A stretch of 64,000 nt of DNA, taken from Candidatus Velthaea sp. GTDB taxonomy: Bacteria > Vulcanimicrobiota > Vulcanimicrobiia > Vulcanimicrobiales > Vulcanimicrobiaceae. Position 1 is the stretch's first letter; the number at the start of each line of letters is the position of its first letter. The stretch lies in contig CBDCCS010000010.1 of NCBI GenBank assembly GCA_965214935.1, forward strand, positions 96,001-160,000, written 5' to 3'. This document shows, one piece after another, positions 36,276 to 44,590 of this stretch. The position numbers and the translations under genes were made by a program. The notes under the pieces were generated by a model. That model saw only the letters and a list, made by a program, of their open reading frames with translations. It had not been told where the DNA came from and made no database searches.

Positions 36276-37589
36276 CTGCGTTATCACGACGTCATCATTG
36301 TCGGGGCCGGCGTCGCCGGACTGAACGCGGCGCGTACACTCGGACGCGCCGGCCGGTCCGTCGCAATACTCGAGGCGCGCGACCGCATCGGTGGCCGGCT
36401 ACGCGAAGCGGTCGACCCGCGCGCACTTGCACCGATCGAGTTGGGCGGCGAATTCGTGCACGGCCGGCCGGCCGTTACCTACGCTCTGTTGGGCGAATAC
36501 GGTGCGACGGTTGTTGACGACGCCCAAAGCAGTTTCAACTTCCGCGACGGCGCGTTCGAAGCGGCCGCCGGGGATACGTTTGATGCAGCCGGCGACATGC
36601 TCGCAACTGCTTTGGAACGCGTGGCGGATGAAAGTGTCGATGCGCTCATCGTGCGACGAACGCATGACGAGCAATCGCGTGCAGCGGGCGAATGGGTTCG
36701 GCGTTTGGTTTCCGGTTTCGACGCCGCGGACACGGCGCGCGCCGGAGCGCGAGCGATTGCCCAAGAGTGGGGCGGCGCGGCCTCGGCGGACGGCGCGCAG
36801 TCGCGTCCGCTCGGCGGTTATGCGCCGCTTGTCGCGCATCTGGCACGCACGCTCGAACCCGAGCGCGTCGAACTTTCGTTAGCGACCGTCGTAACGCAGA
36901 TAAGACGCGATGCGACGGGCGTGCAGATCGCTGCGCGCAGCGGGCAGCGCGATATTCGCTTACACGCGAGTCGCGTAATCGTAACGGTGCCGCTCGGCGT
37001 ATTGACCGCAGCGCCGGATGCGCGGGGAGCGATCGTCTTCGATCCGCCGTTGCCGGCGGCTACGCGCGACGCACTCGCACGTATTGCGATGGGTCCGGTA
37101 ATCAAAGTCGTGTTGCGCTTTCGCAGCCCGTTCTGGGAGCGGCTGTCCGACGGCGCTTATCGTGACGGCGCGTACTTCAACGGCGACGATATTTTCCCGA
37201 CGCTCTGGACGCAACTGCCGGTGCGCGCAAATACACTCGTTGCATGGGCCGGCGGACTTGCGGCAATGCGGCTTGCCGACGCCGACGGTGCGACGTGTTG
37301 CGAGCTTGCGCGTGCGTGCGTCGGGCGCTATTTCGGCGATGCTGCGCAGACCGACCGCGAATGGGAAGCAGCGTACGTTCATGATTGGCAGCGCGATCCG
37401 TTCGCGCGGGGCGCTTATAGTTATGCACTCGTCGGCGGCGAAAACGCCCGCGAAGCGTTGGCGGCGGCGATCGACGGGCGGCTGTGGTTCGCCGGTGAAG
37501 CCACCGCCGCCGACGGTGAAGGCGGTACGGTCGCCGGTGCACTCACGAGCGGACTGCGAGCCGCTCGCGAGATTCTTGCTTTTTCTTAA
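36276..37589 (+). CDS. Flavin monoamine oxidase family protein (probable CTG start)
   Basis: DVIIVGAGVAGL..ILEARDRIGGR lies upstream of the called ORF (36441); W..DPFARGAYS, FAGEAT, GTVAGAL. Confidence 0.85.
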   Translation: MRYHDVIIVGAGVAGLNAARTLGRAGRSVAILEARDRIGGRLREAVDPRALAPIELGGEFVHGRPAVTYALLGEYGATVVDDAQSSFNFRDGAFEAAAGDTFDAAGDMLATALERVADESVDALIVRRTHDEQSRAAGEWVRRLVSGFDAADTARAGARAIAQEWGGAASADGAQSRPLGGYAPLVAHLARTLEPERVELSLATVVTQIRRDATGVQIAARSGQRDIRLHASRVIVTVPLGVLTAAPDARGAIVFDPPLPAATRDALARIAMGPVIKVVLRFRSPFWERLSDGAYRDGAYFNGDDIFPTLWTQLPVRANTLVAWAGGLAAMRLADADGATCCELARACVGRYFGDAAQTDREWEAAYVHDWQRDPFARGAYSYALVGGENAREALAAAIDGRLWFAGEATAADGEGGTVAGALTSGLRAAREILAFS

Positions 37590-37788
37590 CGGTCGTACCG
37601 TGTAACGATCGCACCTTCTGCGGTCGACACCGAAAGTCGCTCGTTGCACGTCGCACGGTCCCCACGTTCGTATAACTTTTACACGACGTCACTACGACGA
37701 ATTCCTTCCAGAAACTTTACAGCGTTAACGTTTCGTGTTTTACTAAGTAAGCAAGCATACGCTTTCTTAACGAAACGAGGCGCAAGAA

Positions 37789-38487
37789 ATGTCCATTCCG
37801 GTGAACCTCTATGTCGATCGAATGAGCCCTGTGCAGCCGGTTCGCGTAGCCGACGTTTATGCCGTGACCCAAGACCGCGCGTCCGCATACACCGAGGCGG
37901 CAGCGATGATCGGGTTGACAACGCGTGAGTACGTGGAATTCCGGCAAGCGCTGCTTGCGGGAGGCGCCGTCTACGTTCGATTACCGCGCCGGATCGACGC
38001 GATGGCCGGCGTACACAAGCGCAACGGTCGCGTCTACGCGCTCAAGAACGTCCTCGTCCCAACCGATACGATGGGCTGGCAAGTGAATCTCGCTGACGGC
38101 ACGACCGTTCTCGTTCCGCGCATTTGCGGCAATTTATCGATGAATCGCGGCCGCGCCGTCGCGCACGTTGCGCCCAAACGCCACGTCGTACGAATCGCTC
38201 GACAAGGAGCAGCCGTTCGCGGCGTTAGCTACGTCGCACCGGCACCCGTGCATGTCGCGTCAACTCCGGTAAGCTTCGACGTTCCGCAAACGGCCGTGCC
38301 GATTGTCGCCGTCGCGCCCGCTGCTGCTCCGGCCGTCGTCGCCGGTCATAGTGCCTTACCGTTTCTCGGCCTTCTGGTTCCGGTGATCGGCGCGTTGAGC
38401 GGCGCCCATGCGTATACAGCTCCGGCGACGCCGGCCGTTGCCGCATGCTCGCAAGGCTCAAATGAGATCGGCGTCTGCCACCTCTGA
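37789..38487 (+). CDS. Hypothetical protein with Pro/Ala/Val-rich linker and C-terminal hydrophobic segment
   Basis: 232-aa ORF, GAGG RBS, AT-rich upstream region; no family recognised. Confidence 0.7.
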   Translation: MSIPVNLYVDRMSPVQPVRVADVYAVTQDRASAYTEAAAMIGLTTREYVEFRQALLAGGAVYVRLPRRIDAMAGVHKRNGRVYALKNVLVPTDTMGWQVNLADGTTVLVPRICGNLSMNRGRAVAHVAPKRHVVRIARQGAAVRGVSYVAPAPVHVASTPVSFDVPQTAVPIVAVAPAAAPAVVAGHSALPFLGLLVPVIGALSGAHAYTAPATPAVAACSQGSNEIGVCHL

Positions 38488-38551
38488 GTCGACCTTGGTT
38501 TCGCGCTCGACGGTCGCCGCCCGGCGCCGCACTTCCCGTGAGATACCTTCA

Positions 38552-38884
38552 ATGTCCGACCAACAGCCCGAAAACGACCACCGGCCGCCCGCGCCGCCGA
38601 CCATCGAGTCGGTCGAACAAGCGGTAACGATACTCGATGCCGCGTGCGCACGCTCCGCAGTCAATGAGGCCGCACAAAATTATTTATTCGCGCTGCTGCC
38701 GGCGAACGCACAACGCCTCGTTCGCCGGCTTCCATTCCCACATCGCGCGATCGCACTTCGCTCGTACTGCCGGCGGTTACGCTTGGGTGACGACCCCGAC
38801 ATGCCCGCCGGGCACGCACCGGCCGTCTCGGCGTTCCGAAAACGAATCGATGACGCTGCATCCGGCCGGCGATTTATGAATTAA
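38552..38884 (+). CDS. Hypothetical protein
   Basis: 110 aa from ATG 38552, fills an intergenic gap. Confidence 0.5.
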   Translation: MSDQQPENDHRPPAPPTIESVEQAVTILDAACARSAVNEAAQNYLFALLPANAQRLVRRLPFPHRAIALRSYCRRLRLGDDPDMPAGHAPAVSAFRKRIDDAASGRRFMN

Positions 38885-38909
38885 TAACCGCACGGCTCGA
38901 GACAACCGC

Positions 38910-40733
38910 TTAACTCAGGTGGTGCACCGGGCCCATCCCGTACACCGGCGTCGGAATGCCTTCCTGGCGTGCTTTTAACTGCAGCGCGAGGTACAGCGAG
39001 TAATGACGCGACTGGTGTAAATTACCACCCTGAAACCAAAGCGCCGGTTGATGCGTCGGCTTCCACATGTTGCGCAGCTCGCCTTCCCACGGTCCGGGAT
39101 CTTTGGTTGTATCCGAACCGAGGCCCCAGCATTTACCGACTTTGTCTGCGATCTCTTGCGACATTAGTTTCGCGGCCCAACCGTTCATCGAACCGTAGCC
39201 CGTTGCATAAACGATAAGATCGGCCGGCAACTCGGTACCGTCGCTAAGGACGAGCGAGTGTTCTTTCACTTCGACAACATCGACGCCGCTCTTTAATTTA
39301 ATTTCGCCGGTCGCGATGAGTTCGGAGGCGCCGACGTCGATATAATAGCCCGATCCACGCCGCAGATATTTCATGAATAAGCCGGAACCGTCATCACCCC
39401 AGTCGAGCAGAAAACCGGCTCGATTCAGGCTGGTGTAAAAATCGGCGTCGCGTCGTGCAATCTCTTCATATAGCGGCCGCTGCATGTCGGCCATGATGCG
39501 GTACGGTACCGATGCAAAAAGCATGTCGGCTTTATCCGTGGTCATCCCGTTCGCCACGGCAGTCTCCGAATACAGCGGAGCCGTTGTTATCTCGTTGAGG
39601 GACTCGGATTTGACGACGAGCGTGGATGACCGCTGGACCATCGTTACGTCGGCGCCCTGCTCCCACAAATCGGCACAAATATCGTGCGCCGAATTGTTCG
39701 AACCGATGATGACGCATTTTTTGCCGGCAAACTCGGCGCCGCCCGGATGACGGCTCGAGTGATGTGCGACGCCGGCGAAGCGATCCATACCCGGATACTC
39801 GGGCATGCGCGGTATGCCCGACATGCCGGTCGCCAGCACGAGTTGCTTGGGTTGCAGAGTTACGCTTTTGCCTTCGCGCTCCACCGCAACCGTCCACTGC
39901 TGCGCCTCGGAATCGTATGTCGCGCTCGTGCATTCCGTCGACGTCCAGTAATGCAGATTCATGACCTTGACATACATCTCGAGCCAATCGCCGATTCGAT
40001 CTTTGGGAGCGTACACCGGCCAGCTCTCGGGAAACGGCAAGTACGGCAGATGGTCGTACCATACCGGGTCGTGTAGACACAGCGACTTGTACCGTTTGCG
40101 CCATGCATCGCCCGGCCGTTCGTGCTTGTCGATGACGATCGTCGAGACGCCCAGATGTTCCAAGCGTGCACCGAGCGCAATGCCGCCTTGTCCGCCCCCG
40201 ATCACAAGACAGTACGGCTGCTCGGTATACCCGAGCTCGCCGAAGCGATCGGATCGGCGCTCCAGCCAGCTCTTACGCGCGCGAATCGCACCGTGCTCGG
40301 CACCTCGCTCGCGCATCGGTCCGCGTTTTTCTTCAAACCCTTTTAACTCGGTCATGGCCGTCAGCAACGTCCAACAGCCGCCGTCTTTAAGTCGCAGCAG
40401 ACCGTTTCCGCGCGCGACCGCGGTCTCGAACGTAAACCGCCCTTCGGTTGTCCCGTCGACGGTCGTTGCTTCGTCGGTCAACGTAAAACGGTGCGCTCCA
40501 ACGCGAACCAGATTCGCTTCGAGCATCGCAGCAATGCCGTCGCGCCCTTCAAGGGTCGTGATGTTCCACGTAAAAGTCACCAGATCGCGCCAGTAACTCG
40601 TTTCGATAAAAAGTTGCGTAGCAGCGTCGATATCCGCGCCGCTGAGGGCTTGCTCGAAATCCGTCAACCACTTCGCGACGAGTTGCGACGGCGCTTTGAC
40701 GGCCGGCCGTTCGGGTGCAGTCTCAATCATCAA
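38910..40733 (-). CDS. Type II flavin-containing monooxygenase with N-terminal extension
   Basis: YWRDLVTFTWN; GGGQGG; WRKRYKSLCLH; LATGMSG; GSNNSAHD; YATGY. Confidence 0.92.
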   Translation of the reverse strand: MMIETAPERPAVKAPSQLVAKWLTDFEQALSGADIDAATQLFIETSYWRDLVTFTWNITTLEGRDGIAAMLEANLVRVGAHRFTLTDEATTVDGTTEGRFTFETAVARGNGLLRLKDGGCWTLLTAMTELKGFEEKRGPMRERGAEHGAIRARKSWLERRSDRFGELGYTEQPYCLVIGGGQGGIALGARLEHLGVSTIVIDKHERPGDAWRKRYKSLCLHDPVWYDHLPYLPFPESWPVYAPKDRIGDWLEMYVKVMNLHYWTSTECTSATYDSEAQQWTVAVEREGKSVTLQPKQLVLATGMSGIPRMPEYPGMDRFAGVAHHSSRHPGGAEFAGKKCVIIGSNNSAHDICADLWEQGADVTMVQRSSTLVVKSESLNEITTAPLYSETAVANGMTTDKADMLFASVPYRIMADMQRPLYEEIARRDADFYTSLNRAGFLLDWGDDGSGLFMKYLRRGSGYYIDVGASELIATGEIKLKSGVDVVEVKEHSLVLSDGTELPADLIVYATGYGSMNGWAAKLMSQEIADKVGKCWGLGSDTTKDPGPWEGELRNMWKPTHQPALWFQGGNLHQSRHYSLYLALQLKARQEGIPTPVYGMGPVHHLS

Positions 40734-41047
40734 CGAACTCCTTCGACCGGCTCGCGGGCCGTGAGCATTGTCCGACGCCGAGCCGCGACGTACTTATTTA
40801 CCAGCGCCGCAATTTCTTGCATGCTACCGTAAGCGTAACGAAACGGCATCAAACGCTCACAAGTCGCGTCGAGCAAAACTCGACACGGCAAACACGAGCG
40901 TGAGCGCGACCCAGGCGATCGACCACAGAACAAACGTCGCGGGCGGCGGTGCGCTCGTGCCGAACGGATTCGTTGCGACGTATCGGCGACACCGTGAACG
41001 ATGCCGCCAATGCGCGCGGTATCCGGCAACTGCTGCACGCTCGTTTC

Positions 41048-42100
41048 TCAGGCGGACGGCCGCATGCGCACCTGTTCGCCGTCTGCGATTTTTAACCAGC
41101 GGTTCGTTTCAAAATCGTAGAGTTGACATTCTCGCAACAGCCACAGCAGCAACGCCGGCGAGAATGTTTCTTGGATGACCTTATCACCGTGAAGGCGTTC
41201 GATCGTGCGCTGCGCGCGTTCGAGCCGGTAGAGCGGTACGCGCGGATTCACGTGATGCGCGGTGTGCTGAAAAATCTCATGCAAGACGATCTCGACGACT
41301 TTCGGGAAGCGCATATGAATCGTGTTTTGCATGTAGACGACGAGCGGATCGTATGTTTCGCGCGACGTGAACCAGCGAATTCGCGGGTGCGTATGATGCA
41401 GAAAGATGAACACGCTCATGAGGAACTGATAGACGAAAAACGGCACGACCACGGCCGTGAGCGCCGTGAAATCGGCCACGAGTGCCGACTGCCCAAGATG
41501 CAGGCAGACCGCTGTCCAGCCGGCGTAGATGGCGCTAAACCCGCCTAAGGCAATGACTTTATCGGCGAACATGCGGTGATTGCCCGCATACGAACGATCG
41601 AGCGGGTCGCTGTTCCAAACATGACCCCACCAGAGTTCGATTGGATAATAGAACCAAATCCCCGCCGGGGTCCGGTAAAAGCGGTAGAACCAACGCTGCC
41701 GCGGCGACGCGGCATCGTATTCCCGCCGCGACCAAGGCGCCCAAACGTGGTCGACGCCGCGCAGATTCGTGAATCCGTGATGGCGTTGATTGTGCCCGAT
41801 ATTCCAGGCCGTTTCCGGATGCAACGTCGGCATGAAAGCAAGCCGCGCAATGCATGCATTGAGCCAGCCGGACTTTGCTAACGAGCGATGCGAGGCGTCG
41901 TGACCGACAAGAAATAAGACGCCGGCCATGATCGAGCCAACCGCTAAGGCAACGAACCGGAGCGGGCCGGCCAGCGCACAAAAACCAAACAACGCAGCAG
42001 CGTAGAGTGCGCTGTCGCAGACCATAATTGCCAGCGCGATACCGTCGCTTCCGGCAGCGTCGGCAGCGATTGCTTGACGCAGGCGCTTGAAGTCCTTCAT
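41048..42100 (-). CDS. Membrane fatty acid desaturase (omega-6/delta-12-like)
   Basis: His boxes HDASH, HNQRHH, HTAHH; LHHTHP; VPLYRL. Confidence 0.85.
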   Translation of the reverse strand: MKDFKRLRQAIAADAAGSDGIALAIMVCDSALYAAALFGFCALAGPLRFVALAVGSIMAGVLFLVGHDASHRSLAKSGWLNACIARLAFMPTLHPETAWNIGHNQRHHGFTNLRGVDHVWAPWSRREYDAASPRQRWFYRFYRTPAGIWFYYPIELWWGHVWNSDPLDRSYAGNHRMFADKVIALGGFSAIYAGWTAVCLHLGQSALVADFTALTAVVVPFFVYQFLMSVFIFLHHTHPRIRWFTSRETYDPLVVYMQNTIHMRFPKVVEIVLHEIFQHTAHHVNPRVPLYRLERAQRTIERLHGDKVIQETFSPALLLWLLRECQLYDFETNRWLKIADGEQVRMRPSA

Positions 42101-42211
42101 CGCGCCCGTCCGCACCGAACTTCGGGCGTGCGAGCAACGATCGTCCGTTTGCGCGGTTCGGCTCGCACGTTCACGAGCAACACCTTCGCCGCTGGCGAGC
42201 CGACCCTTCGC

Positions 42212-42751
42212 TTAATGCTTGCGCAGGTAGGCCGCGACAACATCGACGAGCTCGCGAAACGTCGCGAGCGCATAGACGTGTAGCGGCGCGGGATCCGGCG
42301 GACCGAAGCGGTCATGCAAGAACGCTCCGTTCTGAGCCATGCGGGCCGCCCCGGCCGCGGCATCCTCTTCACGCAACCGTTCCAGACCGCTGCGCAGCGT
42401 GCGGAATTGAGCGTTCAACTCGTCGTCAGGGCTGCGTTGTCCGGGCTGGCGGCTGCGTCGCAGCGCCGGCGGCACGGCTAAATACGCGCCGATCGTGTCC
42501 GGGAGATACGTTTGCAATGCTTCGCGAGCCGTAAACGCCGCGTGCGAACCTGGCGGGTGACGTTGCAGTTGCTCGCGCGCAATGCCGGCGATCGAGCCGG
42601 CTTCGCGGCGATGGCGGTACGGCAGTTGTGCCGTTAGACGCGGCAACTGCGGCGGCGGGCGGCGTGGTTTGGCCGAGCGGCGACGCGCGGCCAAACCAAG
42701 GCCGATGCAACCGGTCGCTGCAAGCGCTTCGAGAATGTACGCGTCGATCAC
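42212..42751 (-). CDS. Hypothetical membrane-anchored helical protein (XpaC-like)
   Basis: N-terminal hydrophobic stretch; YLPDTIGAYLAVP...ELNAQF motif. Confidence 0.6.
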   Translation of the reverse strand: MIDAYILEALAATGCIGLGLAARRRSAKPRRPPPQLPRLTAQLPYRHRREAGSIAGIAREQLQRHPPGSHAAFTAREALQTYLPDTIGAYLAVPPALRRSRQPGQRSPDDELNAQFRTLRSGLERLREEDAAAGAARMAQNGAFLHDRFGPPDPAPLHVYALATFRELVDVVAAYLRKH

Positions 42752-42913
42752 GTCGTCAACTACGCTGCCGCCGAACCGCTTGTTTCAGGCGCGCCGGTCG
42801 ACGTGTGCGGCCGAGCGTACGGGTTAACCGTCCGGGTGTGCGTGGTAGCCGCCTGCGCGGCGTGCGAAACTACGCCCATGCCGCACATCTTCGCGGCGGA
42901 AAGCGAAACCCTC

Positions 42914-43270
42914 ATGTTGGACATCTTCATCGCGGCCGTATCGACGGCGCTCGTTGCGTCTGCCGGCACGCCGCCGGCTCACCCGGCATCCTGCTTGCAA
43001 CAATTTCGTGACGCAGGCATGGTGCGACCGCTTAGTGTCGAGTATCCGGCAATCACCAGACTTCAGGGCGTTACGGGGACGTCGCTGGTACGCGTCGATC
43101 TCAACGAATCCGGCCGCGTTCAGAACGTCTACGTCACGAAGTCGTCCGGTAACCGGTATCTCGACAAGGCCGCGCTTAAAGCAGTGAACGACGGCGCATT
43201 TACGCCTGAAATACAAGACTGCCGAACGGTCGCGGGCTCGTATGCGCTCGAGGTCACCTTCGAACGCTGA
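42914..43270 (+). CDS. Stand-alone TonB C-terminal domain protein
   Basis: Signal-like N-terminus; YPAI.RLQG.TG...VRVDL..SG, SSGN.YLDKAAL. Confidence 0.82.
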   Translation: MLDIFIAAVSTALVASAGTPPAHPASCLQQFRDAGMVRPLSVEYPAITRLQGVTGTSLVRVDLNESGRVQNVYVTKSSGNRYLDKAALKAVNDGAFTPEIQDCRTVAGSYALEVTFER

Positions 43271-43414
43271 CGGCTGCACGCAGCTATCATGAGTGCATCT
43301 TCAGCCGGATCCTGCCACGCGTCGCGCACCCGCCGGTACGCTCGTCTTCACGAGCGCGATCGGCGCTGCGCGGCAATGCGTGCGAAACCAAACCGCTCCA
43401 CAGCGTGCCAACCG

Positions 43415-43879
43415 TCAGTCCGTACGTAACAAAAAATCGTAGCGAATAAAGCCGTTAAAGTGTGCGACGCCGTCATACAGACTGCGGCCGGCGGCGTTTG
43501 ACTCGTGGGTTAGCCAATACAGCTTTTCCGCGTGGCGCGCGCGTGCGTCCGCGGCCACGGTTTCGATAAGCCGACGAGCCAGCCCGCGTCGACGTTCGGA
43601 CGGCGTAACGAAAAGATCTTCGAGATAGCACACATCGTCGCGCGTCCATGTTGTCGGATGTACGAGATAGTGTACCAAAGCCGCCGGTTTGCAATCGGGC
43701 GTCCAGGCCCCGAATGCGAAAAGACGGTCGGCAAAGAGAATGCGCCGCCACGTCCGTTCGTTTACTTCCGGGTGGAGTTCGGTTCGGTAAAACGTTAAGT
43801 ACTCGGCCCACAAGCCGTCCCACGCTGCACGGTCGGCGGCTTGAAAACGTCCGATCGTATAGTCGCTGCCGTCACTCAT
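43415..43879 (-). CDS. GNAT family N-acetyltransferase
   Basis: CYLEDLFV, RRRGLARRLI, LYWLTHESN, LYD. Confidence 0.9.
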   Translation of the reverse strand: MSDGSDYTIGRFQAADRAAWDGLWAEYLTFYRTELHPEVNERTWRRILFADRLFAFGAWTPDCKPAALVHYLVHPTTWTRDDVCYLEDLFVTPSERRRGLARRLIETVAADARARHAEKLYWLTHESNAAGRSLYDGVAHFNGFIRYDFLLRTD

Positions 43880-43909
43880 CGGACGGCGCATGGTGCGCAT
43901 CCGAGCACG

Positions 43910-44566
43910 CTAGGTGCTTTGCAATTCCGATAAGGTCGCGGCGGCGATGCGCAAGTCGGCGATGAAGCCCGCAAGTTGCTCTGCCCGCGTCGCGGCGTCG
44001 ACGGCGCGCAAGATCGACGATGGATGGACGGTCGCGATCAGATGCGCAGCGAGCGGCGCGCTAATGACTTCACCGCGATGTTGGGTCAAGCGAAACGCCG
44101 GTCCGAGCAATGCTTGTGCCGCAGTTGCTCCAAGCGCGACGACAAGCGACGGACGTACGGCTTGCATTTCGGCTTCGAGCCAAGGCATGCAAGCAACGAC
44201 TTCAAAGCGTTTCGGCGTTGCGTGGATGCGCCGTTTTCCGCGTTCGATAAATTTAAAATGTTTGACGGCATTTGTAATGTAGACATCGTCGGGAAAAATG
44301 CCGGCTTCATGGAGCGACGAGCGTAACAATTTCCCCGCCGGCCCGACGAACGGCCGGCCGGCGAGGTCTTCCGCATCGCCGGGCTGCTCGCCGATCAACA
44401 TCAACGGTGCATTCGGTGGTCCGTTACCAAAGACGACCTGCGTCGCGTCGCGATACAGATCGCAACCTCGGCAACCCGGTGCGGCGGCACGCAATTCGGT
44501 AAGCGACGCCGCCGGCGGCACGTACGGTGCCGCTGACGGTTTGAACGCTTTGGCGTCGGTCGTCAT
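43910..44566 (-). CDS. udgX: UdgX uracil-DNA covalent-binding protein (family 4 UDG-like, Fe-S)
   Basis: CRGCDL, GEQPG, KRRIH R-loop, HPSSILR. Confidence 0.9.
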   Translation of the reverse strand: MTTDAKAFKPSAAPYVPPAASLTELRAAAPGCRGCDLYRDATQVVFGNGPPNAPLMLIGEQPGDAEDLAGRPFVGPAGKLLRSSLHEAGIFPDDVYITNAVKHFKFIERGKRRIHATPKRFEVVACMPWLEAEMQAVRPSLVVALGATAAQALLGPAFRLTQHRGEVISAPLAAHLIATVHPSSILRAVDAATRAEQLAGFIADLRIAAATLSELQST

Positions 44567-44590
44567 GAATGCGTCGTACCCGTCAGGGCG

